DNA of 64,000 nt from the NCBI RefSeq assembly GCF_009914755.1, contig NC_060928.1; one strand, given 5' to 3'. Of this stretch, positions 16,341 through 38,178 are shown one piece after another. A program made the position numbers and the translations under genes. The notes beneath the pieces were generated by a model. It was not told the DNA's origin, ran no database searches, and was given only the letters and a program-made list of their open reading frames with translations. Within the stretch, counting starts at the first letter, position 1. Each line of letters starts with the position of its first letter. Source of the stretch: the human T2T-CHM13v2.0 reference genome, Homo sapiens.

Positions 16341-17588
16341 GCCTGTTTTGAGGATTACTCGCATACACAAAGAGGCATGCAGACTTCAGCAAGGTGATTT
16401 TTATTTTCAAGATCACAGAGCTAATCAATATCGGAATCTGGATTGTGACACAGATCCCTTCCTCCATGTTTAATACACTTTCCACTCTACTTCTGATATG
16501 CTTTAAACAGTATTCCAAAATGATTGTTAAAGAGGACATTTTGAACATATGTCAGTAAAATAATTGTATTACAGGAAGCAAATAAGGAGGCATGATTGTG
16601 GCATTCTCAGCCATTTTTAAAAAAATAGTTCATGTTTCCTCTTAGCACTTCCATTGTGTGAGCAGAGTCTGTAATAACGTGCTCAGTCTACAACATCGCT
16701 TCATATTTTTCATTTCATATGAGTTCATTTTTTGCAGGTATAAGAAACTATCTTCAGGTTTCAGATAAAATTGCAACTGAACTTTTGAAACCTAAGTTTT
16801 TGTTGAGTCCAGGCCATAAAAATCTATCAGAAGGACCTAAGCCATTTAATCATCCAGATTATCAGCACTTCTACAAAAAGGTTTTAAATGGCAAGAAGAT
16901 AAAATGTTAAGTGAGGATAGTAATTATTTGCCTTTATCTCTTGTGCCAGGTTTCAAACCTCACCATATGGGTGTTTGTGCAAGATTAAATAGCTATTCAA
17001 GTGTGTAATGAAGTATAGATACTAAATTGAACCAAAAGATATAGCATGGAATAGGTCAGAGAAGATCCACTCTGCAGAAATGGACTATGAAAGAGTTGAT
17101 TGATAGATATTCATGATTCCAATCCGACATGTACTTTGAGGGCCTTTTAACAAAATAGAGAAAATTCTTCTTTTTAAATTATTTCCTATAGGAAACAAAA
17201 TACTACGGGGGAAGTAGCAAGGAAATTTGGGGTGAAAAAATAGACTGCCATCTGCAAATATCCTCCAGAAGTAGACTGAATGAATAACTTGATTTGCTCA
17301 GGATGGCCCAGTGTAAGCATTAATAATTAATGTCAATCTCCTTTTACTCTTAGAAATGTCCTAGTTTCATAAATTACGGTCACTCTATCTGGAATGATTT
17401 TTGAGAGCTATCGTCAGAGTCAAAAAAACTTAAGCATGAAACTTGCCTCCACAATAAGTCACTAAATGTGCTTTCAAGAAGACACTTGAGAAGGAAAGGG
17501 GTTATAAAAGGTTTAGAAAATCTGAGCTATACTCTAGGAATGTGATAGTCAACGTGTGTGTGCATATGCATAACAGGGAGAGGGAGAT

Positions 17589-17912
<324 letters not shown>

Positions 17913-18265
17913 TCACCCTTCACTCAGAACTCAAACAATGGGGAATGGTAAATGTATCAAGATTCATGTAAAACTGGAATAAAATCAATATATTTTAGAA
18001 GCAAGATGTGAATTTTTCAGGAAACACAGAAAAGCAAATAGGATGAATGCTTTCGTTTGTAAAAATTTCCAAGATATACTATTAGATAGCAAAAGCATAC
18101 AGCAAAACATAAAGTGTGATTCTATTTTTTGAAGACATATTAAATATTTGACATGCTTTAGAAAATGTCTGAGGGACTACATACCAAACAGTTAATAATA
18201 GTGTTGTAAATGGGTAATTGTTTCTATCTGGGTTAAATGTGATTACATGCTTACTGCTTCCCCTC

Positions 18266-18299
<34 letters not shown>

Positions 18300-18342
18300 G
18301 GTATGTATGTGTGTGTGTATGTGTGTGTGTGTGTGTGTGTGT
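18266..18342. repeat. (TG)n microsatellite, interrupted
   Basis: Read directly. Confidence 0.97.
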
Positions 18343-18587
18343 AAGTGTGTCTCTCCGCCTCAGTCACAACAGAGGTTTCTTCTTCAGTGTGAACCCTGAC
18401 ATGAGAAAACACGCAGAGCCCAGCAGAGATTCAGCTGCCTAGCAGCCGCGTGCAGTGTGAAGAAGAAATCAACAGAGGGTTTCGGTTACAGCACAAAGTG
18501 ACTAATACAAGCGGTCATAGGTGAAGGGCAAGATTCCTAAAAAGCGTTTTTCCGCATTTATTTCTATGATGAAAGACTTTCTTATAG

Positions 18588-19056
<469 letters not shown>

Positions 19057-19479
19057 TCTAAGTTATAATTTTTATTGTAAAAAATAGATGCATATTTAGA
19101 TATGTGTGACTTTGGGGGTTGTGTTTTAAATAGCAGCTGATTTTGTTTTAGTCTATATTAGCATCTCAGGTTCTTTTTTAAAATCTAAGCAAATCAAAAT
19201 GACTTTTCAGACCAAATGTGTAAGTTTTAATCCATCCTAATTTCATGATGAACTAAAAAGCACAACTGGGTCATAGTGGAATCAGGTCATTCAATATAAA
19301 TTACTACATAACTAATTCAGTTGCAACTCAATTGAAAAGGTAAATAGTCATGACAACCAAGCTAAACAATTCTTCTAAGGTAGTTTATGGAAACATAGGC
19401 AAGGCTTCTTTTCATGAATTTTAAAACATCCTTCCTTTGTAGAGATGGTGAAATATGTGCCCTCCTTTTCCCCTAGTTT

Positions 19480-21115
19480 CTCCTCAGATAACCTCATTCA
19501 ACCTCATGGTTTTAAATACCTTCTCTCTGTGGCTGCTGATGACCAAATTTTTAATCTAGCCCTGAAACACTCTTCAAACATTCAGACTTCTTGAAATCAA
19601 AACGCTTTCTTGAAATATCTCATAGGAACCTTGAATCAATCTCAACCAGGAGGAACTGCCTGACTTTCTCCAGCATTTCCTACTTCAGGAAATGCCATTG
19701 TTAAAGACATGTTCGCTGAATAACCTCAAGGGTTGAGAATTCAAGTGAAATACTAAAATTCAGTCTGCTGCCATTTTAAGTAGCCATAAAAAATTAGGTC
19801 CCCTATATAAAGAAATACATCAAGTTCAAAAATCTTTAAAATTAAATGGAAAAGATATTGACATGTCTTAGGATCCCATCAAGGTTTGAGTTTTATAACC
19901 TGTATTCTGGATAACCTCGTTTCACTGAGATGGTAAATCTTTTTCAGTAGGCTATCTTTCCACATGAGGAAGATTAAGAACTACGTGAAAATGTTTAAGA
20001 GAATCAAAGCCAAGATATAATATTTTGTATTAAAAAGAATCCCTCTCTACTTGGTACTTTATGTTATAATGTTTAAGATCATTTGAGGAATTACAATGAC
20101 AGCCTTTTAACTTTAATTTATGTACAAATTAATAATCTGTTTAGATTAATGGCTTCTGTTATTCTCTGTATCACAGTAACACAAATGCACATCTCCACAT
20201 ACAATTTTTTCTCAAAGTTTTATACAATCAACTGCCTATTTGACATCTCCACTGGAATGTCTAAACAGAAACCTTACGTGTTAGGTGTCCAAAACCCAGT
20301 CCTGACTTTCCCCCTAAACCTGCAGCCTTCCCCATTTCAGTTGATGACAAGTTCATTCTTCTCTATTCCTGAGACCAAACTCCCTGGAAGTCATATTAGA
20401 CTCTGCTTTTCTCACTCCCCACATCCAATCCATTATGGAATCCTAGTTACCTGAAGTTTGCACATATCCCACATCTGACCTCATTCACTTCCACCAAAGT
20501 GACTTCTGCCTCCTTTTTGCCCTAAAGACTGTTCTAAACATAGCAGTCAGAGTGATCCAGGTAAGACCTAAATCAGATGCTGTCTCTCAGCATCACTCAG
20601 AATAAAAGACAAAGTCCACACAAGGCCTGAGGAGCTTTCCCTCCCCATTACCAGTTTAACTTAATCTGCCGCTGCCCTGCCCCTCAATCTCCTCGGACAA
20701 AGTTGGCACGCTCTCTGCACTGGCTTTGCACTGGCTCTTCTCACTGTCCAGGACTTCCTTTCCCCAGATCAACTTGGCAAATTCCTTCACCTGCTTCACA
20801 TTGTCACTTAAATGCACCGTCCCAATAAGACTCAACCTGTCCATCCTGTTTAAAATTACAACTCATTTTAAATTCCCAATTGCTCTGATCATGTTCTATT
20901 GTTTTCCTTCTTCCATAGCAGGTATGTGCGTATCACCTAATTATCACATCATTTACTGATTTGTTACACTTATCATTTTTATTTATTGGAAACAAATGCT
21001 TTCTATTTGACTGTATTAATAAGTTCCGGGAGGAAAGGGGTATTTGTGGATGCTTCCCAAGTGCTTAGATCAGTGCCTGACACATAGTGGCCACTCAATA
21101 CATATCTATTATTGC
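19480..21115 (+). mobile_element. Scattered L2 fragments (approx. 19480-19700 and 20200-21115)
   Basis: AACTGCCTATTTGACATCTCCACTGGAATGTCTAA and the L2 3' terminus CAGTGCCTGACACATAGTGGCCACTCAATA. Confidence 0.65.
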
Positions 21116-21236
21116 TGACTTGCGACTTTCAGTAAACATCACACTAAGTTAACAACAATATCATATATTAACACATGAGGAATATTCCAAAAAATACAGA
21201 TTTTCCGCCTCTCAGACCAGATTGCTGCTTACTTGG

Positions 21237-21622
21237 TGTTTTGTTTGTTTGTTTTGTGTTTTTTGTTTGTTTGTTTGTTTGTTTGAGACGGAGTTTCGCC
21301 CTTGTTGTCCAGGCTGGAGTGCAGTGGCCTGATCTTGGCTCACTGTAATCTCTGACTCCTGGGTTCAAGCAATTCTCCTGCCTCAGCCTCCCGAATAGCT
21401 GGGATTACAAGCGCACACCACCACACCCAGTTAATTTTTTGTATTTTTAGTAGAGACGGGATTTCACTATGTTGGCCAGGCCCAGTTAATTTTTTGTATT
21501 TTTAGTAGAGACGCGGTTTCACCGTGTTGGCCAGGCTGGTCTCCAACTCCTGACCTCAGTAATCCACCCGCCTCGGCCTCCCGGAGTGCTGGGATTCCAG
21601 GAGTGAGCCACCACGCCCGGCC
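21237..21622 (-). mobile_element. Alu with internal 55-bp tandem duplication and (TTTG)n tail
   Basis: CCCAGTTAATTTTTTGTATTTTTAGTAGAGACG...GTTGGCCAGG at 21426-21480 and 21481-21535. Confidence 0.93.
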
Positions 21623-23477
21623 CTCCTTGGGATTTTTAAGGTAGTGCATTACGGTCCATCTCACTCACCTACCAGCTTCTTCAAAACATCTTCAAGAAAC
21701 AAATTCCCATTTTGGTTGAAGATTGCACTTTGACACACGCATTTAAGTATAACAGTATATTCTATAGTAATTTGAGAAGTCCTGTTGGGGTTAAAAAGCA
21801 AATTCTTTATGTCTCCAATGTACTTTCTCCACTATGATCAGTGGCTTCTCAAGAGTAACTCCTTGAATAAGTCACACATTTCTGCCAGTTTAATACCAGT
21901 CTTGGCTTCTCTCTGCCTCAGGATGCAGCCAATACTCCTGAATGTGGCTAAGAAAGTCCTTCATAAGCACGTTTCTGCCATTCCTTTAGAATCCTCTTTT
22001 GACACAATTCCCTCTCAGCAGAAACATAAACTCTACCTGAACCTACCATTTTCTGCCTTTAGGTTTTAAATATGCTACTCTCTTTGCCTACATCACCTCA
22101 TTCGCTAATGCCTACTCAACCACTTGATCACATTCCAAGCTTTTAGTTTTCTTCCTTCCCAAAGACTTCCTTAATCCTTCAAGAACTGGATAAAGGGTTC
22201 CCTGAGTTCTCATAACTTCTCATAATGACCCGCATCTTTGCACTGTTCCCTCCAGTGAGCTAACACAGTGTTGGGATGAGGGAGGCGCTAAAGAGACACT
22301 TGCCGAATGAACGAGTGAATTTTCTGAAGAAGCAGCCAGTGAATCGGAGCCGGCAATTTCTCTCTCAACAATGCTCTCTGCTGTGCCATTCAACGAGGCC
22401 ACAATGCCATTGTGTGACAATGGTATGATGACACTGCTTGGGCCATAACAGAATAATTCTCCAGATAACATATGCACTTGTTATGCAGCTAGATGCTTTT
22501 ATGATTGCTTTTGGAGGTGATGTGGCAAATAAATTTTTTACTTTTATAGGACTGCTGACATCTCACAGAAATTTTTGACAAATATTCAACTCAGATATGA
22601 TTTTGGTTCTACTTTATGGATTTCCTGATCCTTTATATACTACATTTTATTTCTTTATGAGCTTACTCTGTTTCATTTTTAGCCCTCAAATTCAATGACC
22701 AAGATAATGTAACAGCATGAGCACAGAATATGACCTCTGCTCAGAAGAATTCCATTTCCATGTAATATATGTACAGGGCTTGGTGAAGGATGAAGCTGCT
22801 CTTCAGCCTCCCTCTAGTTATCAACTAACACAGCAATTTCTGATGCTTTATTATTTTTTTCCTGAATGGCTTTTTCTGTAGTACCCATTCATGCCTTCTG
22901 ATCTAATTAGTATAATTAGCCTTGGACACATAAGAAACAAAGCAACAAATAAAAAAGCCCATAAAATTCCATTTCAATACCCTGCCTTTCATAGACTTTA
23001 TGGAACTAAGTATTCAGCTGTCTTCATAGCTCATAACCTTTAATCCTAACATCAATCTCAGTGTTCTATTCAATTACAACTGCTGTCTATTGAGAAGTAG
23101 CAAAGGTTTTGAAGAGTTTGTGGGAACGTGGAAGTTGCCCCATTCATTTTCATTAGTAAACTCAGGAGACACAAATTTCACTAAAATTGCTGACACTGTT
23201 CCTGCTGTGTCTGGATGATTTATTATTAGACTTCATATTTCTTCCAAAATATGGTTTAAGGAACTCAAGAAAATCATGCGATTGTTTTACCTGAAATATG
23301 ATGTAATTTTATCACCTGTGCACTAAAGTTGCTGACTGCAACTTGGACAGAATAGCACAAAAGGCTTTGCATGGCTGGAGGGAAAGGAAATAAAGAGTGA
23401 GACCCATAACCAGCACAGAGTACAGCACGGTTAGTTCCTATGACAGAGACAACAGAGGAGAAGGTGTATGTTGTATT

Positions 23478-23776
23478 TGTTTTTCTGAGACAGGATCTTG
23501 TATGTTGCCCAGGCTGGAATGCATTGGCATGATCACAGCTCACTGAAGCTTCAACCTCCTGAACTCAAGTGATCCTCCCGCCTCAGCCTCCCAAGTAGCT
23601 GGGACTATAGGCATGCACCACCATGCCTGGCTAATATTTTTTTAAATTTTATTTGTTGTACAGATGTGGTCTCACGATGTTGCCCAGGCTGGTCTCGAAC
23701 TCCTGGCCTCAAGCAGTTCTCCCACTTCGGCCTCCCGAAGTGCTAGGATTACAAGAGTGAGCTGCCACACCCGGCC
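23478..23776 (-). mobile_element. Alu (AluJ-like)
   Basis: Full diverged dimer. Confidence 0.9.
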
Positions 23777-24132
23777 AAAGTGCACATTTTAAAAAGGCAA
23801 CTTGCTGCACCTAGAAAAATAGAAAACAATTGTTATTTAAAAACCAAGTCATGACCTTTTGAGGCAATATCCCAGCGCTAAACGGCAAATGTTATCACTT
23901 GTAAAAGCAATTAAGAAAATTGTTAGGCTGTGGTGACAGTGTCACTGAGGAGCTTTTAAGAGTTATTTTCCTAAGAACAATATGCAAGACCTTGCACACC
24001 TAGCCCAGCTTACTTGTCACGGCTTATAACCCGAATGCCATCCCACTGTCCACACTTAAGGAACACAGTGCTGGCCCAGCATCCCCATTCCCGGGTGCAC
24101 TTTAGGACCACCTTGGGAGCTGTTAAAAATTA

Positions 24133-24475
<343 letters not shown>

Positions 24476-26211
24476 TCAGAATCTCGGCGGGGAGCATTCC
24501 GGGTGATTCTAAGGTCTGGGCTCTGCGGGGAGCATTCCGGGTGATTCTAACGTGTGGGCTGTGCTGAGAACCACGGCTTTCACCACATCGAGCGACTGAC
24601 CTTGCTCCAGTCAAAGAATCTTTTCCCCCCTTTTGCTCATGTCACTCCCTCAATCTACTTTTATGCAGTTTTGGCTTTGTCTCTCCAGGCTTCACTTAAA
24701 TGCTGCTTTCCTAAAGCAATCTCCATATTCTTCCAGCTTTTCCTAAAATCCACTCTTGGATCAGCTAGATCAGCTGAGAATCGGAAACCGGCGCTGAACT
24801 GTACTAGTATCCTACAGAAGCTTCTTGACCTCTCCGCATCCAGGCTTCCACATGCCACCACCAGCCTATTTGTTCTTACAATACATGACCCAGTCACATT
24901 CGTCCTGTTGAGGACTCTCACTAACTCAGAAGGTATTTTCAAGCATGTGGAGTACATTACAATTTTCTCTTCATGGCAAATTTCCAGGAGTAATTTCTTC
25001 TGATTCTTAAAGGAGTGACATTTGTCTCGAGCAATAAGGATTTTTTGTTATCTTGTGGATGTTAGGAAGCATGTAACTAATCCGTTTTCTCTTTATGAGT
25101 TTGCTGCTACAAAGTTTAAAGCCAATCTGTGACCCACTGGTGGAAGATGTGGTCATTATCTGCATGATTTCAAATGATTTCTGGCTTTCTTTTCTATTTC
25201 CAACCCACATTTTTCATTATTTGCTGATGGCAAGTTTAATTTGTGCTATCTTGTTGTGCTTCCCCTACTAATTTATTTTACCTTACATTGTTTATTGAAC
25301 AATATGGTGCAAAAGTTAAATTAAAAGCAAATTTCTCTTGAGTTGTTTCCAATATTTGTGTCAAAATTATCCCCTAATCTGTGCTTCTATAGTCTTTTCT
25401 TTTTTCCCAGATCGCAACCCTAATGTTATTCTACTTTGCTTCGTAGTTAGCTGTATCTCCTCTTTCCAATTCTAAGTATCTTGGAAGATAATGAACATAT
25501 ATCTTATGAATTTTGCTAAAATCCATAAAAAATAAATAGAAATTGGTTAATAAGTGTTTATCATTGCTTGCTGCTAAGAATACAGAGCTAATAATACTTG
25601 CTTTGAATTCCAAGTTCATTATGCACCAACTGGAGACCTTAAGCAACTGAATCTCCAAGCCTCTTTTTTCTAATTATGAAAGAGGAAAAATCGAAAATAC
25701 TGTTTACCTCACAAGATTGTTAAGATGCCGAAATAATTTTTGTTAAGTTACTTTTTAATGGCGAAATACAACCCACATGACTAGTAAAGAAAAGGTCTAG
25801 AAAGCCTCATCTGTGACTTCCTTATATACACATGTATACACACATGCGCACACACACTGAGTCTCAGACACTAGGGGAAAGCTTCGGCCCATGGGTAAAG
25901 AGGTAGGCAGAAATGAGATTCCCGCGAGGTCTTCCTAGCCAGGACGAAAGCTTCCAGATCACAATCTAAGAACAGTGGGATACCACTGAAGGATTTTAAG
26001 CAGAGGTGTAGTGAAATTGCATATTTCAGTCTTGGAAAGTGACTCTGGCTTTTGTGCTCTAGAAAGCATATGGATACGGGGAACGTGACAGTGAAGGAAG
26101 CAGGGATATCTGCTAAGCAGCTACTGCAATAGCAAATGGGAAAGCAAGATCAGCTTAAGGCACCCTGACATCATGAGGTAGCCACACTGAGATCCAAAGC
26201 TATGTTCTTTC

Positions 26212-28557
<2,346 letters not shown>

Positions 28558-28649
28558 TCATTTTAAAGTTATTATATAATCATGGATTCATTTGTCTCTT
28601 TGGAAGCATCTTCTCTGTATAAGTAATTAAAATATTTTCAAGCAAAGTA

Positions 28650-29387
28650 CTTTCACAGTTCTGCAGGCTGTGCAGGAAGCATGGAAGCTTCTGTTTCTGG
28701 GGAGGCCTCAGGAACCTTCCAATCATGGTGGAAGGCAAAGGGGGAGCAAGAAATCTCACATGGTGGGAGCAGAAGCAAGAGAGAGGTGGGAGAGGGAGGT
28801 GCTACACACGTTTAAACAACCAGATCTCTGGCGAATTCACTCACTACCATGAAGACAGTATGAAGAGGATGGTGCTAAACCATTCGTGAAGAATCTGCCC
28901 CCATGATCCAGTCTCCTCTCACGTGGCTCCACCTCCAACATTGGGGATTACAAGTCAACATAAGATTTGGGTGGGGACACAGATCCAAAGCATATCATTC
29001 TGCTCCTGGCCCTCCCAAATCTCATGTCCTTTTCACATTTCAAAACACAATCATGCCTTTGTGATAATCCCCAGAGTCTTAACTCATTCTAGCATTAACT
29101 CAAAAGTCCAAAGTCTCCTCTGAGACAAGACTAGTCCCTCCCATGCATGAGTCTGTAAAATCAAAAACAAGTTAGCTACTTCCAAGATACAATGGAGGTA
29201 CAGGCATTGGGTAAATACTCCCATTCCAGTAGGAAGAAATTGGCCAAAAGAAAGAAGCCACAGGCCCCATGCAAGTCTGAAACCCAACAGTCATTAACTC
29301 TTACAGCTCCAAAATCGTCTCCTTTGATTCTATCCCTCACATCCAGGGCACACTGATGCTAGGGGTGGGCTCCCAAGGCTTTGGGCA
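28650..29387. mobile_element. MST-type MaLR: partial LTR (to ~28996) plus adjoining internal sequence
   Basis: GGAGGCCTCAGGAACCTTCCAATCATGGTGGAAGGCAAAGG...AGATTTGGGTGGGGACACAGATCCAAA, then TTCTGCTCCTGGCCCTCCCAAATCTCATGTCC. Confidence 0.85.
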
Positions 29388-29474
29388 TTTAACTTCTAAA
29401 GCTCCATATCTAAAATTAAAGATGAATGGATAACTTTTTACTATATTAGTTTTTATTCTTAATGTATTTCTCTT

Positions 29475-29779
29475 TTTGTGTTTTGTTTTGTTTTGTTTGA
29501 GACAGGATCTCGCTCTGTCACCATGGATGGAGTGCAATGACATGATCTCAGCTGTCTGCACCCTCCACCTCCCGGGCTCAAGCAATCTTCCTGCCTCAGC
29601 CTGTCCCAAGTAGCTGGGACACAGGGCACACCACCATGCCCAGCTAATTTTTTGTATTTTTTGTAGAGACAGGGTTTCACCATCTTGCCCAGGCTGGGCT
29701 CAAACCGTTAGGATCAAGCAATCCACCTGCCTTGGCCTCCCAAAGTGCTGAGATTACAAGCGTGCCATCTCTCCTGGCC
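29475..29779 (-). mobile_element. Alu (AluJ/old S-like)
   Basis: Full diverged dimer. Confidence 0.9.
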
Positions 29780-30802
29780 CTAATTTCTCTTTATAAAATC
29801 AGATTTTGTTGGAAGTATCCTGTTTGCTAAAACCTTGATATCTGATGCACTTAGCATAGAAATCAGGCTGGAAAAACGAATTTGTAATAGATATCTAAAA
29901 CTAAAAAATGTAAGAGTCAGAAGCTTAAATTTTTACCTCTTTTTGGACGGATGTTTTTCTAAAATAAACATTTTCCTGCCTTTTCAAGTAAAAACATTGA
30001 CAATAATAAAAATGTCCCTTAATCATCCTGAATCATTAGATATTAGTTTTATTCTTCATGTAATTGACTCAGTGGTGTTTAGGACTAGTGGTCTCTAACT
30101 TCAACAAGTGTGGGATGGTCCATGGCGTGAAAAGAGGGATAGGGTTTGTCTGACCCTCTCTAGTGGGGATGACCCACGGCCTTTGCTGATGCCTGAAGCC
30201 TACAGCAAGGCAATGTGTACAAACAGTGGCTTCACCTTCCAGAACATTTTCTTTCTCTCTGTTCTTAGTAGTTTTGACTTGTCCACACCATTCAAGCTAA
30301 GTGTCCTTTATAACAATAAAGTTGAAACTAGCAAAAACGTCCAACTCTGTGTGGTTCATTAAATACTATACTGTTGTGAGCAAGGATGTAATTTTTGTCA
30401 GGGATGGGCTTCCCCCATGCCCCCTCTAAGATTACATAATACCCAAAATTACATAAGATTACACCTAAGATTACATAATACCCAAAAGAAAGGGTAGCCC
30501 TAAAATAGTGATGCTGAGGAGATACTAGTTACATGAAAAATGATCACAAAAACAATAAGAACTCACATGACAGATTTTTCACTTTTAAAAATGTATTTTA
30601 CATAATAGTTTGATATAAATACATTCTATGGGAGAATAATATATATATTTATATCAAATATTTAACGTCTAGATTTTTTTAAGTTAAAATAACCTCCTTG
30701 AGCACCCAGTTACACTTTCTTTCCTTCCATATCTTCTTTCGATTCCACTTCCCTGACCATATGTGAGCACTGTTTGTGCTTTCCAAACATTTTCCTAGAC
30801 AT

Positions 30803-30805
<3 letters not shown>

Positions 30806-30840
<35 letters not shown>

Positions 30841-30969
30841 CAAATATAAAATGCTGCTTTTTCCAAAAATGTGATCATATCCTATTAAATGACCTGCCTT
30901 TTTTCCACTTATCTGTGAAAACTTTTTATGTCAATACATATATATATGCATTATATATATGCATTTTAT

Positions 30970-31003
<34 letters not shown>
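30806..31003. repeat. Two (CA)n microsatellites with (TA)n runs
   Basis: (CA)n at ~30806-30837 and ~30969-30995. Confidence 0.93.
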
Positions 31004-31056
31004 CTGCCTCGGTCTTTTTAATTGCTGTGGTGTATTACATATCATGTGTACCATAA

Positions 31057-31344
31057 TTTTTTTTTTGAGATAGAGTCTCGCTCTGTCACCCAAGCTGGAG
31101 TGCAGTGGCATGATCTCAGCTCATTGCAGCCTCTTCCTCAAGTTCAAGTGATTCTCCTGCCTCAGCCTCCCAAGTAGCTGGGATTACAGGCTTCTGCCAC
31201 CATGCCCAGCTAATTTTTATTTTTAGTAGAGATGGGGTTTCGCCACGCCGGCCAGGCTGGTCTCGAACTCTTGACCTCAAGTGATCTGCCTGCCTCGGCC
31301 TCCCAAAGTGCTGGGATTACAGGAGTGAGCCACCGCCCCCAGCC
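31057..31344 (-). mobile_element. Alu (AluS-like)
   Basis: Full dimer. Confidence 0.93.
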
Positions 31345-31359
31345 TTCAGACAGTATATA

Positions 31360-32300
31360 TTTTTGTTAAATCCAATTCTTCACTGTTAAAGAATACTATT
31401 TTACATTAATCTTTGTATATACATGTGACTATAATGAATATCCTTTGTACATAATATGTGCTCTTTCTCCCTACTCATACGTAAAATTACTGGGTGAAAG
31501 GTTACATTATATTTAAATCTGACATATACTTGCAAATGCCCCACCAAAAAAGCCCTGAAATTTGAATTCCCACTATCAGTTTTTGAAAGTTCCTATTCTC
31601 TTACCTCTTCCTCCATGCTGAATATTATCAGTCTTTTTCATTTGTCCTCATCTCATGAATAAAAATTACATTTGTCTTAATTTAATCTGCCTTATTAACT
31701 AGTTTTATGTGATACTAAGTATAATTTTCTGTCATTACATGTTTTCTATCAGATTTGTTATCTTTTATTGATCTTTATGTGCTTGATATTATCATAGAGA
31801 TTAATGCTGTATTGTAAATAATTTTCCCATGATTTTTCATTGTACTTTTTCATGTGGGTTTTTGACATAGATGCTTTAGATTTTTATATAGACATATCTG
31901 TCATTTTTTTCTTTATGAATTCTTAGCCTATGTTTAGCATAGATTTTTCCAATGTTGAGATTAAAAATATTTTCTATTCTCATGAAATTTCCTTTAACAT
32001 TGTTATAATTTTGTAATCTATTTTTATCTCTATAATTCATCTGTAGTTTTTCTGGTTTGAGGTGGGAATCTACCCTTAATTTTTTGTTTGTGTCAATTGA
32101 TAACCAGTAGTCTCAATCATAACCTTTCCTTATTGACTTGAAATATAATGCGTAACAGCTGCCAAAATGTATAGGTCTATACCAATTTTCTTCTAGACTT
32201 TCTATTGTCTTCCTTTCATTTATTTATTAATTTTTGTACCAATGCTGCAGTATTTTAATTATGTTTGTCTTGCAGCATATTCTAATCTCTGGTAGGACCT
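31360..32300 (-). mobile_element. Highly decayed L1M relic
   Basis: T-rich sequence with residual antisense ORF2 3'-region motifs. Confidence 0.55.
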
Positions 32301-32527
32301 TTCCTTTTACTATTTAATTTTTTTACTTTTACCTCCCACCTCAACGTCCTGAGTAGCTGAGACTACAGGCATATGCCACAACACCTGGCTAGTTTTGTTT
32401 GTTTGTTTCGAGCTCCTGTAAAAATAATAACTATTATTTATTGGAAAATCTCTACACCTCAGGGACTATGTGAAGCATTTTTACATGAACTATTTTATTT
32501 AATCCTCATAATGGCCCTCTGAGAAAG

Positions 32528-34632
<2,105 letters not shown>

Positions 34633-34649
34633 TAAGAAAAGACTTAGAA

Positions 34650-35045
34650 AAAAAGAAAACGTGCTACATATATGCCATGGAATACTATGCAGCCATAAAA
34701 AAAGATGAGTTCATGTCCTTTGCAGGGACATGGATGAAGCTGGAAACCATCATTCTCAGCAAACTATCACAAGGACAGAAAACCAAACATCACATGTTCT
34801 TACTCATAGGTGGGAACTGAACAATGAGAACACTTGGACACAGAGTGGGGAACATCAAACACCGGGGCCTGTCGTCGGGTGGAGGGAGAGGAGAGGGATA
34901 GCATTAGGAGAAATACCTAATGTAAATGACAAGTTAATGGGTGCAGCAAATCAACATGGCACACGTATACCTATGTAACAAACCTGCACGTTGTGCATAT
35001 GTACCCTAGAACTTAAAGTATAATAATAATTTTTAAAAATTAAAT
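34650..35045 (+). mobile_element. Second, more diverged L1PA 3' terminus in tandem
   Basis: Repeats the last ~390 bp of L1 with different diagnostics (GGAGAAATACC, TATACCTATG, AAACCTGC). Confidence 0.92.
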
Positions 35046-35598
35046 TAAAAATTTTCTATTCAGTAATATAGACACTAGATAAAAGACACAAACTATCTTT
35101 TAATGAATGGCTGGTCTTTGGAAATTGTAAGGGAAAGTTCCAGGGGCCTACAGAAAAAATAGTGAGCTGAAACAAGACAGTGCCTCCAAACTAGAAGACT
35201 TCAGGAAGGGTATATGATTTTGTAGTCTGGGCTCAAATAGTTTAAGGTAGAACTTTCTATCCAGGAACTTGTTGGAACTGGACAAACCTTGTGACATGTG
35301 TTTCGGGACTGGTGGAGAAAGCAAGGCAAGGTCTTTTAGTATTGATGAACACAATGTTTTGGTGAGAATCAAGCTGTTTTTCCTAATAAGCAAAGGATTT
35401 TTTTCTGACAAACAAATTATTTGCCCACATAAATTGATTTGAAATAATTTCCTAAAGCAAGTAGTGAAGTTATTTATTGGTTTGCAGACTTATCTTTCTG
35501 GGGAATGAATTTCCCAGAGAAAACGGTAAAGTTTTATTAACAGAGAAAATAAGAAAATTGTTTGCTCTTCCATCACATTTAAAATAATATATATTTAG

Positions 35599-36486
<888 letters not shown>

Positions 36487-36642
36487 TTAAATGTCCAAAT
36501 TTAGAAGTTAAGTGAAGAAGAAGAAATAACCTAAAGAGAGTAAAAGAAAGAAGATAACACTAAAATCAGAAATTAATAAAATATAAAGCCAAGATATAAT
36601 TAGCAGAGACAGTGGGGCAACACTAATTCCTTGAGAAGACTA

Positions 36643-38062
<1,420 letters not shown>

Positions 38063-38178
38063 CTGACAACGCCCAGAGAGCTTTAAAGGCAAGTTCTACC
38101 AACTTTTAATTGCAATCTTACACAAATTAGTTCAAAGAATAAAAAAAATGGTTACCCTGAAACTCATTTTATAAAGGA

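Noticed and set aside
24554-25003. 149-aa ORF in mostly unique sequence
   Set aside because: Non-ATG start in a MER5 edge, no family similarity, no splice context; compatible with chance.
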